A stretch of 64,000 nt of DNA from Pristiophorus japonicus (lineage: Eukaryota): NCBI RefSeq assembly GCF_044704955.1, contig NC_091995.1, positions 4,650,001 to 4,714,000 of the forward strand. Reading direction: 5' to 3'. Shown one piece after another: positions 51,430-64,000 of the stretch (positions are counted from its first letter, which is position 1; every line of letters starts with the position of its first letter). Position numbers and translations under genes: made by a program. Under the pieces are notes generated by a model. It had not been told where the DNA came from and searched no databases. It saw nothing but the letters and a program-made list of their open reading frames with translations.

Positions 51430-54400
51430 TTAGTGACCTTTAACCCCGCAGATTGTCAGCGGTTCGGAGTTTTTCCCGCCATCATTCAGTCCCGGATTGA
51501 AGAAGGGAAAGATTCTCTCAGTGAAAGTGTGGGTGAAAGTGTGGAGATGGGACATGTTGTCCGCATTGTAAAATGACACCTGTCCGCCCTCATAGTCCAG
51601 GTACACTCCGATCTTCCGGGGCTCCACACTCAGGATGAGGGGGGTCTGTGAGGGGGAGGTGCTGGCAACATAGTCACTTCCGACATTCAGTCTAACAATC
51701 CAGTATCCGGTCTCTGGGCTCCTGGTGAATATCCCTTTCCTCCCGCCATACTCTCGGGTCACTCCCATAAACCACCGAGTCTTGTTCCCCACGTCCACCT
51801 CCCAGTAGTGTCTCCCTGATGTGAATCCCTCCGATCCCAGGACACAGAGCCAGACATCAAACCTCTCCGGGGTGTCAGGGAGCGGCTGCAGTCTGTCTCC
51901 GAGTCTCACACGGGTCCGGTCCTCAGACAGGATGAGCCGGGGATTCGCTGTGTTCGGATCCAGAGTCAGAGAGGCTGGAGCTGGGGAAAGTTAAAGTAAC
52001 ACAGTCAGTGATTTAGTTTCTTGCTGTGATTTATTCAAACACTTTCCCTTTTAAAGTGCCCACTCGGTCTCTGGGTTGTGATCATGGAAACTCCTGCCGT
52101 GCCAGGGTTTACGCCCCGGGGGTCGATTTAAGTCAATTTCGGGCCTGAATCAGCGCAGTCAGCGCCTGGAGATAAAGACCCGAAAACCACTGGAGACACT
52201 GAGGGAGGGTAGAGAGAGATCGGAGGTGGGCGGGAGGAGGGGGAGAGAGACTGGCGGGACAGTGTGAGTGGGGTCGGGGGAGGGGAGAGAGAGAGCGGTG
52301 GGGTTGGGTTGCGGGGAGACTGAGGTTTAAGCAGCTGTTTCCAAAGGCCACAAGGAAAGTAGTGTTGTAAATAAAATATTTCACAGGTAAGACAGAGTCC
52401 AGTATAAGGAATGCGATGGAAATAAACACACTGCAATTACATCTGAAGGAGAAACTTACATTTCTAATGTTCCTGACAAATGTCTCAAAGCACTTCCCAC
52501 AATGTATTACTTCCCATACCCTCCGTATAAAGTATTTGGGAGTGATTTACGTCTCACAATCGCCCGGATTTACACCGTAAACGGAGCAGTAACGAGACAG
52601 AAACCACCTGCAGTGCTTCCCACCTGGTTCCCACCAAGGCCCGCCGGGAAATTATGCCGCAGCCGCGAAATAGGAATCCAGCGCTCCCGCACTAAACATG
52701 GGGGAAGCCTCATTAGTTTATGCAAACCGGATCCCATAATGTACATGGGACCCCAATGCAATCTTGGTCTTCCATTGGACGGTGCGTGAGCTGTGCAAGT
52801 CCGACCCAGTGGAACAGTCTGTCGAATGGCCCAACCTGTGGTCCTTAAAGGGACCGCTGGAACCCCCACAGGGAATGATGCAAGGAGTTAGTTCCGTCCG
52901 CTGTCCTGGACAATATTTATCCATCAACCAACAATAAGAAAACAAGTTATCTGGTCACGATCACATTGCTGTTTGTGGGAGCTTGCTGTGCATAAACTGG
53001 TTGTGGCGTTTCCCACATTACAACAGTGACTACACTTTAAAAACTCTTCATTGGCTTTAAAGAGCTTTGGAACGTCTTGAGGTCGTGAAAGGTCGGATAT
53101 AAAAACATGTTCTTTCTATTTATTCTCTAACAGTTTCTCTGTGGCCGGGAGGTGCATGAATTGTCCTGCCCGCTGCTGGCTGCTCCTCGGCTTTGCCCCT
53201 CCGCCCCACAACCCCCACCATCCTACCTCCTCCCCCCCGGATATATTTTCCCGCCTTTCTCTGAGTTTGAGACTGTCGCTACTTTGTTGTAGACTCTGTG
53301 ACTGTGTTAAACCTCTGGATGTTTATCTTCTGTCTGCGGTTTAGGATTTTGAATACTTCAGTAAGATCACCCCAAGCCCTCCCTTGTCCAGTGCAAAGAC
53401 TCCTGACTTCCAGACTAGACACGGACATCGGTGATCATTTAATCCAGGGTCTGGGAGCCGGTTTAGGCCCTTCTCATCTGGAGTTATAAATCATGAAAAG
53501 GAACATAGGAGATTTACCAGGGTTAATGGCGTCTATCATTTCTCTCCATGCTGTGTACTGTAAAGGGCCGTTGAACTTTCCGATAGGCAGGGCGCCATCT
53601 ACTACTGACAGCACGGGATCGTCTTCACTAATCCTGTAAATATTATGCAGTTGATGTTATAAATTGACCATAAACACTTTACCAAACTGCAGAGATTCTG
53701 TAAAGAGCATGTCCTACCTCCCCTTCCAACAAGCTTCCTCCTGAAATAAATAAAACACAAACAGTGAGGACAGTAATAGACTTCAGGAGGACACAGACAG
53801 GCTGGTGAAATGAGCAGACACAGGGCGGATACAATTTAACACAGAGAAGTGTGAAGTGAAGCATTTTGGAAGGAAGAATGAGGGAAGGCATTGTAAACTA
53901 AATGGTACAATTTTAAATGGAGTGCAGGAACAGAGAGACCTGGGGGAATCACATTTACAAACTTGATGGAGCGTGGCGATTATTTTTAACAGTGAATCAT
54001 AGAATCATAGAAATGTACAGCACGCCAGGAGGCCATTCAGCCCATCGTGTCCGTGCCGGCTGACAAAGCGTATCCAGCCTAATGTCACGTTCCAGCTCTT
54101 GGTATGTAGGTTTAAAGGTTACGCCTCTTCACATACATATTCAAGTATTTTTAAATGTGGTGCGGGTTTCTGCCTCTACCACCCTTTCAGGCCGTGAGTT
54201 CCAGATCCCCACTACCCTCTGGGTGAAACATTATCCCCTCAAATTCCCTCTAAACCCCTAGAAATTGCTTTAAATCCATGTCCCCTGATTGTTGACCCCT
54301 CTGCTAAGGGAAATCGGCCTTTCCTATCCACTCTTTCTCGGCTCCTCATAATTCGAAACACCTCAATATGGTCTCCTCTCAGCCTCCTCTGTTCCAAAGT

Positions 54401-56232
54401 AAACAATCCCAATCCAATCTTTCCTCGTAGCTAAAATTCTCCAGTCCAGGCAACATCCTCGCAAATCGCCTCTGTACCCTCTCTAGTGCAATCACACCTT
54501 TCCTGTAATGTGGTGACCAGAACTGCACGCAGTACTCTAGCTGTGACCTAACTAGTGTTTTATACAGTTCAAGCGTAATCTCCCTGCTCTTGTATTCAAT
54601 GCCTCGGTGAATGAAGACAAGTATTCCGTATGCCTTCTTAACCACCTTATCTACCTGTGCTGCTACCTTCAGGGATCTGTGGACACGCACTCCAAGGTCC
54701 CTCTGTTCCACAATGACTTGTGATGATCAGGAATGCACTGAATGACAGCGTGGAGGAAGCAGATTTCATGGTAATTTTAAAAAGGGAATTGGAAATACAC
54801 TTGAAATGGAAATAAATGCAAGGCTATGGGGAAAGAGGAGTGGGATTAATAGGATCGCTCTTTCAAAGAGCCACACAGACACGATGGGCCATTTGTGCTG
54901 TAGGATTCTATGACTGTAAGTAGTTGAACATTCCGATTCATGTGTCAGATACTGGAACTCAACATCAGTGCCACTCACACACACAGTGACTGTCACACCC
55001 ACCGTACCACACACACCACACACCACAACATGGAACTGGAACTGGATTGCAATGTGAGTTCTGGGAGATATTAAACTATGGGGCAGCACAGAAATAATTA
55101 TAAGCAAAGTATTAACATCACAGCAACCCATTCCCATGATTTTACAGACAGTGTGGGAGTGGGATATTTCCGTGTCGATAGCAGAACCGCCCATGAATAG
55201 ACAAAACAATCGGTTTAAATCAGTTTCGAAATGTTCAGCAAAAGCTGCATTTATTTTAGTTATCATCAGTTATTTTGTGACTGTGTGAAGTTTCACTGAA
55301 TTGACCCACAATATAATCCTCACCTTCAGCAATGTCAGTCCGTCTTTTTGCTCCATCTGTTTCTGCAACTTTGAGAGCTCCTCCTGAATAGAATTTAAAT
55401 TCTCTTGAATCTGTCGAAGATTTTCCTCCATTGTTTCTAGAATCTTCCCCTCTTGTTCCCTGAGATCTCGGATTAAACGCTGCTCTTTCTCAATGAGAAT
55501 CTGGTGCATTTTAGTGAACTCGAATGTGATGCGGGTCTGCAGACTGCTCGACTGTTCCTACCAAATGAAATATGAAACATAATTAATGTCCCGGGATAAA
55601 GGGAACAAAACTAACCGAGATCCCAGAAAATCAGCTCAGGGAGACCTTACCCTAATTCCGGAAATCTGCTGTTTCTGTTTTAATTCCGTTTCTAGAGCCG
55701 CCGATTTCTTCTCCGTGAGAGAATCTAAGGAAGATTTCAGCCGATCCTGGGATTGGGAGAGAAAATCACGGAGTAAACGTGTTAGACCATGAAAATATGA
55801 TAAAATAATCAGGTGATCAAATCTGTTCCCTGTTACCTTGTAAAATTCAACAGCTTCTTTAATGGGCATGAAGCGGTGCTCTCTGTGTTCCCGCGCAACA
55901 ACACACATCACGCAGATCAATTTCCTGTCAGTTTCACAAAACAGCTTCAGTTCTTCCTGATGTTCCTCACAGTGAAGTTTACTTTCTGTCTCTTTCGGAT
56001 TCGGGGTTAATTTTCGAGCTTTCTCGGCCAGATTCGCTGCCATCCGATTTACCCTGAGGTTTCTTTCCGGAAACTCCTCTCTACATTCCGGGCAGGAGTT
56101 TGTCTCCTTCTTTTCCCAACACTGTGTGATACAGGCGCGGCAGAAGTTATGCCCACACTCCAGTAAAACCGGATCGGTGAAGAAATCCAGACAAATGGGA
56201 CAAATTGCCTCCTCAGCCAAACTCGCGGCCAT
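51430..56232 (-). CDS. Intact TRIM copy D, RFP/TRIM27/TRIM39-like E3 ligase (RING-B-box-CC-B30.2), 471 aa; exons 56232-55837, 55746-55651, 55557-55324, 53740-53718, 53633-53518, 51980-51430
   Basis: aacATGG start; C3HC4 RING, B-box, coiled-coil and PRY/SPRY motifs. Introns are GT-AG with consistent phases, and the 1416-nt spliced frame is open. Confidence 0.92.
53995..54710 (-). mobile_element. CR1 3' fragment in intron 3 of copy D
   Basis: ORF 54379-54711 has [21 protein letters not shown]; tail repeat present. Confidence 0.85.
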
Positions 56233-58390
56233 GTTTTCTCTCAGCACTTCCTGATTCAATCCGCTCTCAGTTACAGTGTTTACTGAGCTGCCGAACACCC
56301 TCAGTTCAGCGATTTCCCGAAGAAGTTCACTGCAATACTCAGGGATGTCCCGTCGACTTTTACACGGGGAGACAAAACTTCGAGCAGACTGAAGGACAAA
56401 CAGGGTTGGAGCACGGAGGGGACGAACTGAACCCCGGCCGGGAGGGTGAAAGTCCCTGGGGTATTGGCAGTGGGAGGAGGGAGGGAGAGAGGGGGGAGGA
56501 GGCGGGGATTGGCGGGGCTCCAGATTCCAGTGCACTTTGCTCCGGACCGAACTCACTGCCGACTGCACACCCTCTGGTGAAACTCGGTGTGAGATAAACA
56601 GAATCGTGTTAACGATCGCAGCCGCTCACCCTAAAACACAAAGTGCCCTCAATGTCAAGGAGCTGTCTGGAAACCATGACCAGTGTCAGTGCTTCCTGAT
56701 TGAAACTGCTGGAGTCATGTTTCTGTGGGTGGATCCAGACCCGGTTCCCAGTCACAGATCACTCTGAGTCCCTGGAAGTGCTGCCCACATCTGGATGAAA
56801 TAGAATCGCATTTACAAAGTCTGTGTCGTTTCGGGATGAGCACCGCGTTATACTGGGAGTCAGCGGTCATTTTATTGAGGCTGGGAAGCGGGAGAGGGGA
56901 AATGAGGAAGGCAGTGGAGAGATGAATGCTGATTTGGAAGACAGCGTTTTATTTTATAGATTTTGTATGCAGTGTTATGATGCAAAATGGTGCGGTGCCC
57001 ATTTTCTAGAAATTTTGCGTTAGTGCCCGAGACCAATTTCACTCCAGAATTCCTGCATTGAGTTTTTTTGTTCTTAATGAAAATGCATTCACCATCGATC
57101 ACATGAGTTTAGAGTGGTCTCAGCATCTTTATTACTCCCATTAATCTAACAATTCATATAACACAAATGAAATTAAAAAAAACAGTTATGCCAGACAACA
57201 ACTCTGAAGCAGGAAGTCGAAGCGCTGGTTACTAGTCTATCATTGACTGCATTGCTATTCACTACAATATCACAGTGAACATTTAGAAGCACAGTCCCAA
57301 TGGATGGGTTTCTTCTGTTTAAATTGCAGAACTGACGAGCACTGGGTGATTGTTTCTGTGTTCTACCAAGTGATCTAAGTCTGTAAAGCACTTCCTAAGG
57401 TTGTGAAATGCGCTATATAAATGGAAGTTGCATTTTTTTATTGTCGTGGCCACTAACTTTATTAATGTGAGACAGTTGCTAGAATACAATAGGATGATAA
57501 TCTTGTCAGTAAATTATCGAGTTACATAAAACTTCAGAGAGCCTGCATTACCTCCTGTTCTCATCAGCTGCCTGATAAACAGACTGTCACTCACACTGAC
57601 TGTTCTGTGCTTAATAGATTGGCATGTGGTAGCAAGATCAATCATATCAAAGTGATTTCAAAACTATCAACGCCTCGATATCCTCACTGCGACAATGACA
57701 GGAACAAATTAGATCTGGAAAGTTATATTTCTGTGTAGTTATGGACATTGACAGGAAGTTAGTCCCACTGACACTTGGAAACATACATTGGAACTAAAAT
57801 AAGTTTCCAAGATCATTACAAATGATGGAGGCCATTCTGCCCATCTTGAGGCATCAGAGAGATCTTCACTTCATCCCATTGTCCCATTGACTTGTTTCTT
57901 TAATGATTCCAGGGTTTGACAAGATTATCATCACTCTATCTGGAATTTCATTCCACATTGTGATGACTCTGGGGTGGGGATGGGGAGGAGATTTTGAAGC
58001 CTACCACTGCTGCAAACAAGGTGGCAGTGCCATAAAAATGTACTGACCACTGGTGGCCCCTGTGATCCTGATCCACTACAAGGAGCCCTGCGGCCCCCGG
58101 TCTCCTGCGGTTCTCAAGCAGAATGATGTGTGCAAAATATTGCAGGTTTCTGAAGGCAGTGGTTCATCCAAGAAACCCTGTATTTGTTATATTGGGAGAG
58201 CTGAAATTTCAGCTGACTACTTGAGGCGCTGTTTTAGAAAGTGGTTTTGTTGCAGAAATAAGTTTAATTCTACTCAGCGCCATTTGTAACCCTGATACAT
58301 TGCAACTGCTTAAAGATCATCTTTGATATGATTTGTTCATTGTATATCACATGAGTTATAAATCAGAACATAGGAACCTATGAGTTTTAC

Positions 58391-58620
58391 CGGGGTTAAT
58401 GGTGAATATTATTTCTCTCCACAGTGTGCACTGTAAAGGCCGTTGAATTTTTCCACGGACACGGCAGCATCTGATAATATCAGTATAGTCCTCGCCAGTC
58501 CTGCAAATATCAAACAATCGATTATAAATTGACCATAATCACTTTTTTCAGCTATTTTACCAAACTGTGCAGAGTTTCAGTAAAGAGCAAGTTCTACCTC
58601 ATCTTCTGACAAGCTTCCTC
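58391..58620 (-). pseudogene. TRIM copy E relic: 23-bp exon (58598-58620) and frameshifted linker exon (58391-58500); intron-3 homology extends to ~60425
   Basis: EEACQKM and ..INP|GT match exons 4-5; no B30.2 or 5' exons seen. Confidence 0.8.
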
Positions 58621-58759
58621 CTGAATTATTAGGAAAATACAAATCTGAGTTGCCAGAGACTGAGCATCTATATCCGGACAGCAGAAATACACCCAAGTGC
58701 CGGTCATTCCGCATTCTCACTGCTGCCGACACACAGATAGAAAGAGATTATAATAAAAG

Positions 58760-59275
58760 CGAGATCGAAACACAGGAGAAAGTGCAACACAGATTTACAC
58801 GAATGATACCAGAACTCAGTGGCTACAGCCGTCAGCAAAGTTTACAACAGGCTGGGGCACTTTTCTCGAGATAAGAGAAGATGGAGAAGTGTCCCGATGG
58901 AGGTTTTTAAAGTTATTATGGGTTTCGATTGGGTAGATGCAGAAAAGATGTTTCCACTTGTGGGAGTCAAAAACTGGGGGCCATAAATATAAAGTAGTCA
59001 CTAATAAATCCAAAAGGGAATTCAGGAGAAATCACTTTACTCAGAGAGTGGTGAGAATGTGGAACTCGCTGCCACAGAGAGTAGTTGAGGCGAATAGCAT
59101 CGATGTATTTAAGGGGAAGCTAGATAATTACATGCTGGAGAAAGAGACAGAAGGATATATTGATCGGGTGAGCTGTAGTAAGGTGGGAGGAGGTTCGTGT
59201 GGAGCATAAATACCGACATAGATCTGTTGGATCCAATGGCCTGTCCCTGTGCTGTAAAATCTACGTAATTCTCTG
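58760..59275 (+). mobile_element. CR1 3' fragment
   Basis: FTQRVVRMWNSLPQRVVEA motif. Confidence 0.8.
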
Positions 59276-59564
59276 TTGAATATATTTGAAAAACAGACAG
59301 TAGATATTACATCCAGAGTATTTCAAGCAGCTAATAGAAAAAGGATATAGTTGAAAATGGGAGTTGTGTCAGATACTGGAAACCAACATCAACCCCACTC
59401 ACAGACACAGTGCCTCTCACACCCACCGTGCCACACACACCCACACACTCACAACATGGAACTGGAACAGGATTGCAATGGGACTTTCAGGAGAATATTA
59501 AAGTTGGGCACCACAGAAATAATTACAAGCCGAGTGTCTAGATCAGGGCAACTCATTCCCCGGG

Positions 59565-60319
59565 CCATTCATTAATCGTGGGCCACCCCCACCCTGCGAG
59601 AGGACACCACCGCAGGTCGGGAGAATAAAAGAGCAGCGCAGGCCCTGAAACATCATGGGCCACCCTGACCTGTGAGAGGACACCACCGCAATTCGGGAGG
59701 ATAAAGAGCATACCACTGCAGCTTCCAGCGTGAGCTGCTTCAAGAGTGTGACAGCTTCGAGGTGGGCAACTGGATGACGTCATCAAAACCCACTTCGTGC
59801 TTTGGTCATGGTTTGGAGCGTGGGCAGAAACATCAGCGGGGTCCAGGTACAGTGGAGGAGCGGGAAGGTCGAGGCGGAGGAGAGGTGAGAGATCGTCGCA
59901 GTGGAGCGGCGAGAGATCGTTGCAGAGGAGCGGTGAATGTTTGTGGCAGTGGAACGGCGAGAGATCGTTGCGGAGGAGCGGCGAATGAGGGTATGGGGTC
60001 CAGAAGAGCCGAGGGCCCAGGGGCAGCACGGGCCGGCCCACACTGCGGTATATGAGCGCACTGGGTCCGTGCAGCAGAGCAGGTCTCCAGCCGTCCTGGT
60101 TAACCCTTGCCACTGGATAAAGGCCGAGCTCTGTCAAGCCCCGTGTGGTGGCTGATGTGTGACGGTCACCACACGTTAAAACAATCCAGGCACAGGCATC
60201 TTCCACCCTTCAATTGGAGTTCAGGACTGGAATATTAGGTCCTTCATTGAAACATCTGTCAACCCATGTGGAAGCAAGTCCTCCTGGTTCCAGGGGCCGC
60301 CGATGATGATGATGAAGAC
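59565..60319 (+). mobile_element. ~750-bp non-coding retroposon with (GAT)n tail and ~10-bp TSD; related fragments at ~61190-61830
   Basis: CATTCCC(C)GGG on both flanks (59554 and 60320). The paralogous intron at ~11277 has a single copy. Confidence 0.6.
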
Positions 60320-60512
60320 CATTCCCGGGGAGGTTGCGGGTATTCCCGGGATTCTGTAGATATTGTGGGAGGCCGATTAGTTCGGTGACAATCGCAGATC
60401 CGCCCCGGAATAGACAAAACAATCTGTGAGCCTCCTGTGAAGCGCCTGGGGACCTTTTACTGCGTTAAAGGCGCTATATAAACACAGGTTGTTGTTGTTG
60501 TTGTTGTTGTTG

Positions 60513-61128
60513 TCCCCCTCCCGGCCAATCACAGCACACACCCCGCGCCCGCTCACAGGGGCAAAGATTGCCGGCCGTTAAACATTAAATATTTAAACCC
60601 AACCGGCAAGTTCCGAGCGCGAGCCTCTTTCAACCGAAATCATGGCCGGAAACCCCGCCTCCCGGCGGCGCTGATTGGCCAATGGCGGCACGGTGAAGAG
60701 CTCTACGGGAAGCCGATTGGCCAGCATGACTGTCACTCAGAGTGAGGGAGGCGGGTTTCCAGGGCGGGGCTCTGCTGGGGGAAGCGGATTGGCCAGAGCG
60801 CCTATCACTCAGAGCGAGGTAGGCGAGTTTCCGGGGCGGGCCCGGGCCTCAGTGGGAGTCGGACTCGAAGCTCGGGCAGTGTGTTTGGGCCGAGCATCAG
60901 TGCCACAGCGCTGGGACCTTGTCTCGGCGAGTTAGAGCCGGTGGGAGCGGCTCACGGCGGTCGCCGCCTGCTTTTATACTCGGCGGCGGGGGGGGTTTAT
61001 TTCACACTTTGGATTCTTCTTGTTATTATTCACCCGGGGGGAGCCAGGGCGTCATGGCAACGGGTTTGGTGAGCGAGGTGGACAGTCGCTTCATCCCCGG
61101 GAACCTGCTGAGCGGTGGCTGCGGTAAG
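60513..61128 (+). promoter_or_regulatory. CpG promoter/ATF6B-like exon-1 cassette, copy 3 (coding 61054-61123, G|GTAAG donor; 2 repeat units)
   Basis: Paralog of 563-1335; encodes MATGLVSEVDSRFIPGNLLSGGC. It is preceded by the same (TTG)n tail as copy 2. Confidence 0.7.
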
Positions 61129-61999
61129 GACAGTATTTAAACAGTGTGCAAGTTCCAGGTTACCATAATCCAGGCCGCTGATTGGAGGTGGGCAGGTACA
61201 GCAGGAGCGACGAGAGATTGCAGAGAGATGTGATCGGGCCCAGAGGCAGCACGGGCCCAGCCCACACTGCGATATGTGAGCGCACTGGGTCCGTGCAGCA
61301 GAGCAGGACTCCAGCCGTCCTGGTTAACCCTTGCCACTGGGTAAAGGCCGTGTGGCGGCTGATGTGCGATGGTCACCACACGTTAAAAAAAATCCAGACA
61401 CAGGCATCTTCCACCCTTCAACATGCCTCCTTGATAAAGTGCAGCATTCCCACCGACACCTGGGATTCCCTGGCCAACGACTGCCCTAAGTGGAGGAAGA
61501 GCATCCGAGAGGGCACTGAGTACCTCGAGTCTCGTTGCTGAGAGCATGCATAGTATAGTATTAGGCAGTCCCTCATATCGAGGATGACCTGCTTCCACAC
61601 CAAAAATAGATGAGTTCACAGGTGTTTCAGTGAGGGACCCTACAATCTAGGTCCAGAACTACATACTAAAGGGTGGAAGATGCTTGTGAATGGATTCTTT
61701 TAATGTGGGGTTGTTGTTGCACACCAGCCACCACGTGGGCTTGGCACAGCTAGGTCTTAATCCAGTGGCAAGGATTAACCAAGACGACTGGAGACCAAGC
61801 TCTGCTGCACGGACCTAGTGCGCACGGACGCACCTACTATCCATAGATCGCCTTGTGGGTTGGTCTATGCTGCCACTGGGCCCTCTCCTCGTCTGGGCAG
61901 AAACCAAGTGCAGGCAGGGGAAGGAGCGTGTGGCAAACCAGACTCACTCCCACCCTTTCCTTCAATGACTGTCTGTCCCACCTGTGACAGAAACTGTAA

Positions 62000-63660
62000 T
62001 TGGCCTCACTAATACCCTGTATAACTGTAGCAAGACTTCCCTGCTTTTATATTCCATCCCCTTTGCAATAAAGGCCAAGATTCCTTTGGCCTTCCTGATC
62101 ACTTGCTGTACCTGCATACTACCTTTTCTGTTTAATGCACCAGGTCCTGGTGCGCTGCAGCACATTGCAATTTTTCTACATTTAAATAATAACCTGCTCT
62201 TCATTTTTTTTTCTGCCAAAGTGCATAACCTCGCACTTTCCAATATTACACTCCATCTGCCAAATTTTTGCCCACTAGCTTAGCCTGTTTATGTCCTTTT
62301 GTAGGTTTTTTGTGTCCTCCTCACACATTGCTTTTCCTTCTATCTTTGTATCATCAGCAAACCTGGCTGAGTTCATCCAAGTCGTTTAATAGCTATTGTA
62401 AATAGTTGGGATCCCTGCAGCACCCCACTAGTTACTGATTGCCAACCCGAGAATGAACCATTTATCCTGACTCTCTGTTTTCTGTTAGCTACCCAATCCT
62501 CTATCTGTGATAGTATATTACCCTCCCAACCCTGTGAACTTTTATTTTGTGCAATAACCTTTTATGTGGCACCTTGTCAAATGCCTTCTGGAAATCCAAA
62601 TACACCACATCCACTGGTTCCCTGTTATCCACTCTGTTTGTTACATCCTTAAAAAACTCCAGCAAATTTGTCAAACATGACTTCCTCTTCATAAATGCAT
62701 GCTGACTCTGCCTGACTGAATTATGCTTTTCCAAATGTCCTGCTACTGCTTTAATAATGGACTCCCAACATTTTCCCAACCACAGATGTTAAGCTAACTG
62801 GTCTGTAGTTTCCTGCTTTTTGTCTGCCTCCTTTTTTAAATAGGGGTGTTACTTTTGCAATTTTCCAATCTGCTGGGACCACCCCAGTATCCAGGGAATT
62901 TTGGTAAATTGCAACCAATGCATTCACTATCCCAGCCACTACTACCCTTAAGACCCTAGGATTCAAGCCATCTGGTCCAGGGGATTTATCCGCCTTTAGT
63001 CCCATTATCTTACTGAATGCTACCACCTTAGTAATTGTGATTGTGTTAAGTTCCTCCCCCCTATAGCCCCTTGACTATCCACTGTTGGGATATTGTTTGT
63101 GTCCTCTACTGTAAAGACTGATACAAAATGTTTGTTCAGAGTTTCTGCCATCCATGTTTCCCATCAGTAATTCCCCAGTCTCATCCTCTAAGGGACCAAC
63201 ATTTACTGTAGCCACTCATTTCCTTTGTATATACATATAGAAACTCTTGCTATCTGTTTTTATATTTTGTGCTAGTTTACTTTCATAGTCTTTCTTCCCT
63301 TTCTTAATCATTTTTTTAGTCATTCTTTGCTGGCCTTTAAAAGCTTTCCAATCTTCTGTCCTCACTCATTTTGGCCACTTTGTATGCCCTTGTTTTTAAT
63401 TGGATACCATCCTTTATTTCTTTAGTTAGTCACGGATGGCTATCTTTTCTCTTACACCCTTTCCTCCTCGCTGGAATGCATTTTTGTTAAGAGTTATGAA
63501 ATATCTCTGGTTTGAGTTCCAACTTTCTTGCCCTCCATCTGAATTTGAAATTCAACCATGTTCTGATCACTCATTCCAAGGGGATCCTTTACTAGCAGAT
63601 TGTTTATTAATCCTGTCTCATTACACAGGACCAGATCTAAGATAACCTGCCCCCTGGTTT
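62000..63660 (-). mobile_element. Degenerate CR1 ORF2; another CR1 piece (+) runs from ~63660 to the window end
   Basis: KSPGPDG, NYRPVSLTSVVGK and DFQKAFDKVPH motifs. Confidence 0.85.
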
Positions 63661-64000
63661 CAGGGAGGATAAAGAAAAAAGGGAGGCTTATCAGAGATAA
63701 CGGGGGCTAAATACTGCAGAATCTCTCGAGTACAGAAAGTCCAGGGGTGAAATTAAAAAAGATATTACGAAAGCAAAGAGAGAGCATGAAAAATTATTGG
63801 CATGGAAACCGCAAAGATGTGTTATAAATATATTAAGAGCAAGAGGATAACTAAACAAAGGGTGGTAGGGCTTATTAGAGACCATGAGGGTAATCTGTGT
63901 GTGGAGGCGGAAGATGTGGGTATGGTTCTTAATGAATATTTTGCGTCTGTTTTCACAAAAGAGAGGGGCGATGCAGACACTACTATCGAGGAGAATTGTG

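Larger units (their letters stand above)
39924..56660. repeat. Direct segmental duplicate of ~1405-12850 (relic TRIM + strand, then TRIM - strand)
   Basis: Colinear unique sequence from TTGTCAGCACCTAGAATC to CACAAAGTGCCCT; the copies differ by TE insertions and deletions. Confidence 0.88.

Noticed and set aside
56233-56568. N-terminal extension of TRIM copy D
   Set aside because: Non-ATG start in promoter sequence, no domain similarity, and not open in copy B; ATG 56232 fits the family.

Overview
Repeat-rich vertebrate genomic DNA, most likely a cartilaginous fish (inferred from the dense CR1 LINEs, DeuSINE/SacSINE1-like repeats and elasmobranch-type TRIM genes). No prokaryotic features or CRISPR arrays are present. 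The window is a birth-and-death cluster of RING-B-box-coiled-coil-B30.2 (PRY/SPRY) TRIM genes built from direct and inverted segmental duplications. It holds one intact 6-exon gene (51430-56232, -), one copy with a lost start and an N-terminal stop that could still encode a RING-less protein (7519-12397, -), three truncated copies, and four relics of a second TRIM lineage. A CpG-rich promoter plus first coding exon resembling ATF6B exon 1 occurs three times near rearrangement junctions, and an orphan Hook-family exon follows one copy. Mobile DNA includes many CR1 pieces, an L2 end, DeuSINEs, two Gypsy LTR elements, a hAT-type element and a Tx1-like LINE family. The most unusual structure is six Tx1-like 3' ends stacked head-to-tail at one 14-bp site inside a CR1 (47786-50362), each separated by a copy of the target. 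One of the six units is a tRNA-Leu(CAG) head fused to the LINE tail, a SINE-like chimera. Exon, TSD and LTR coordinates were read by hand; LINE/SINE fragment ends are approximate.
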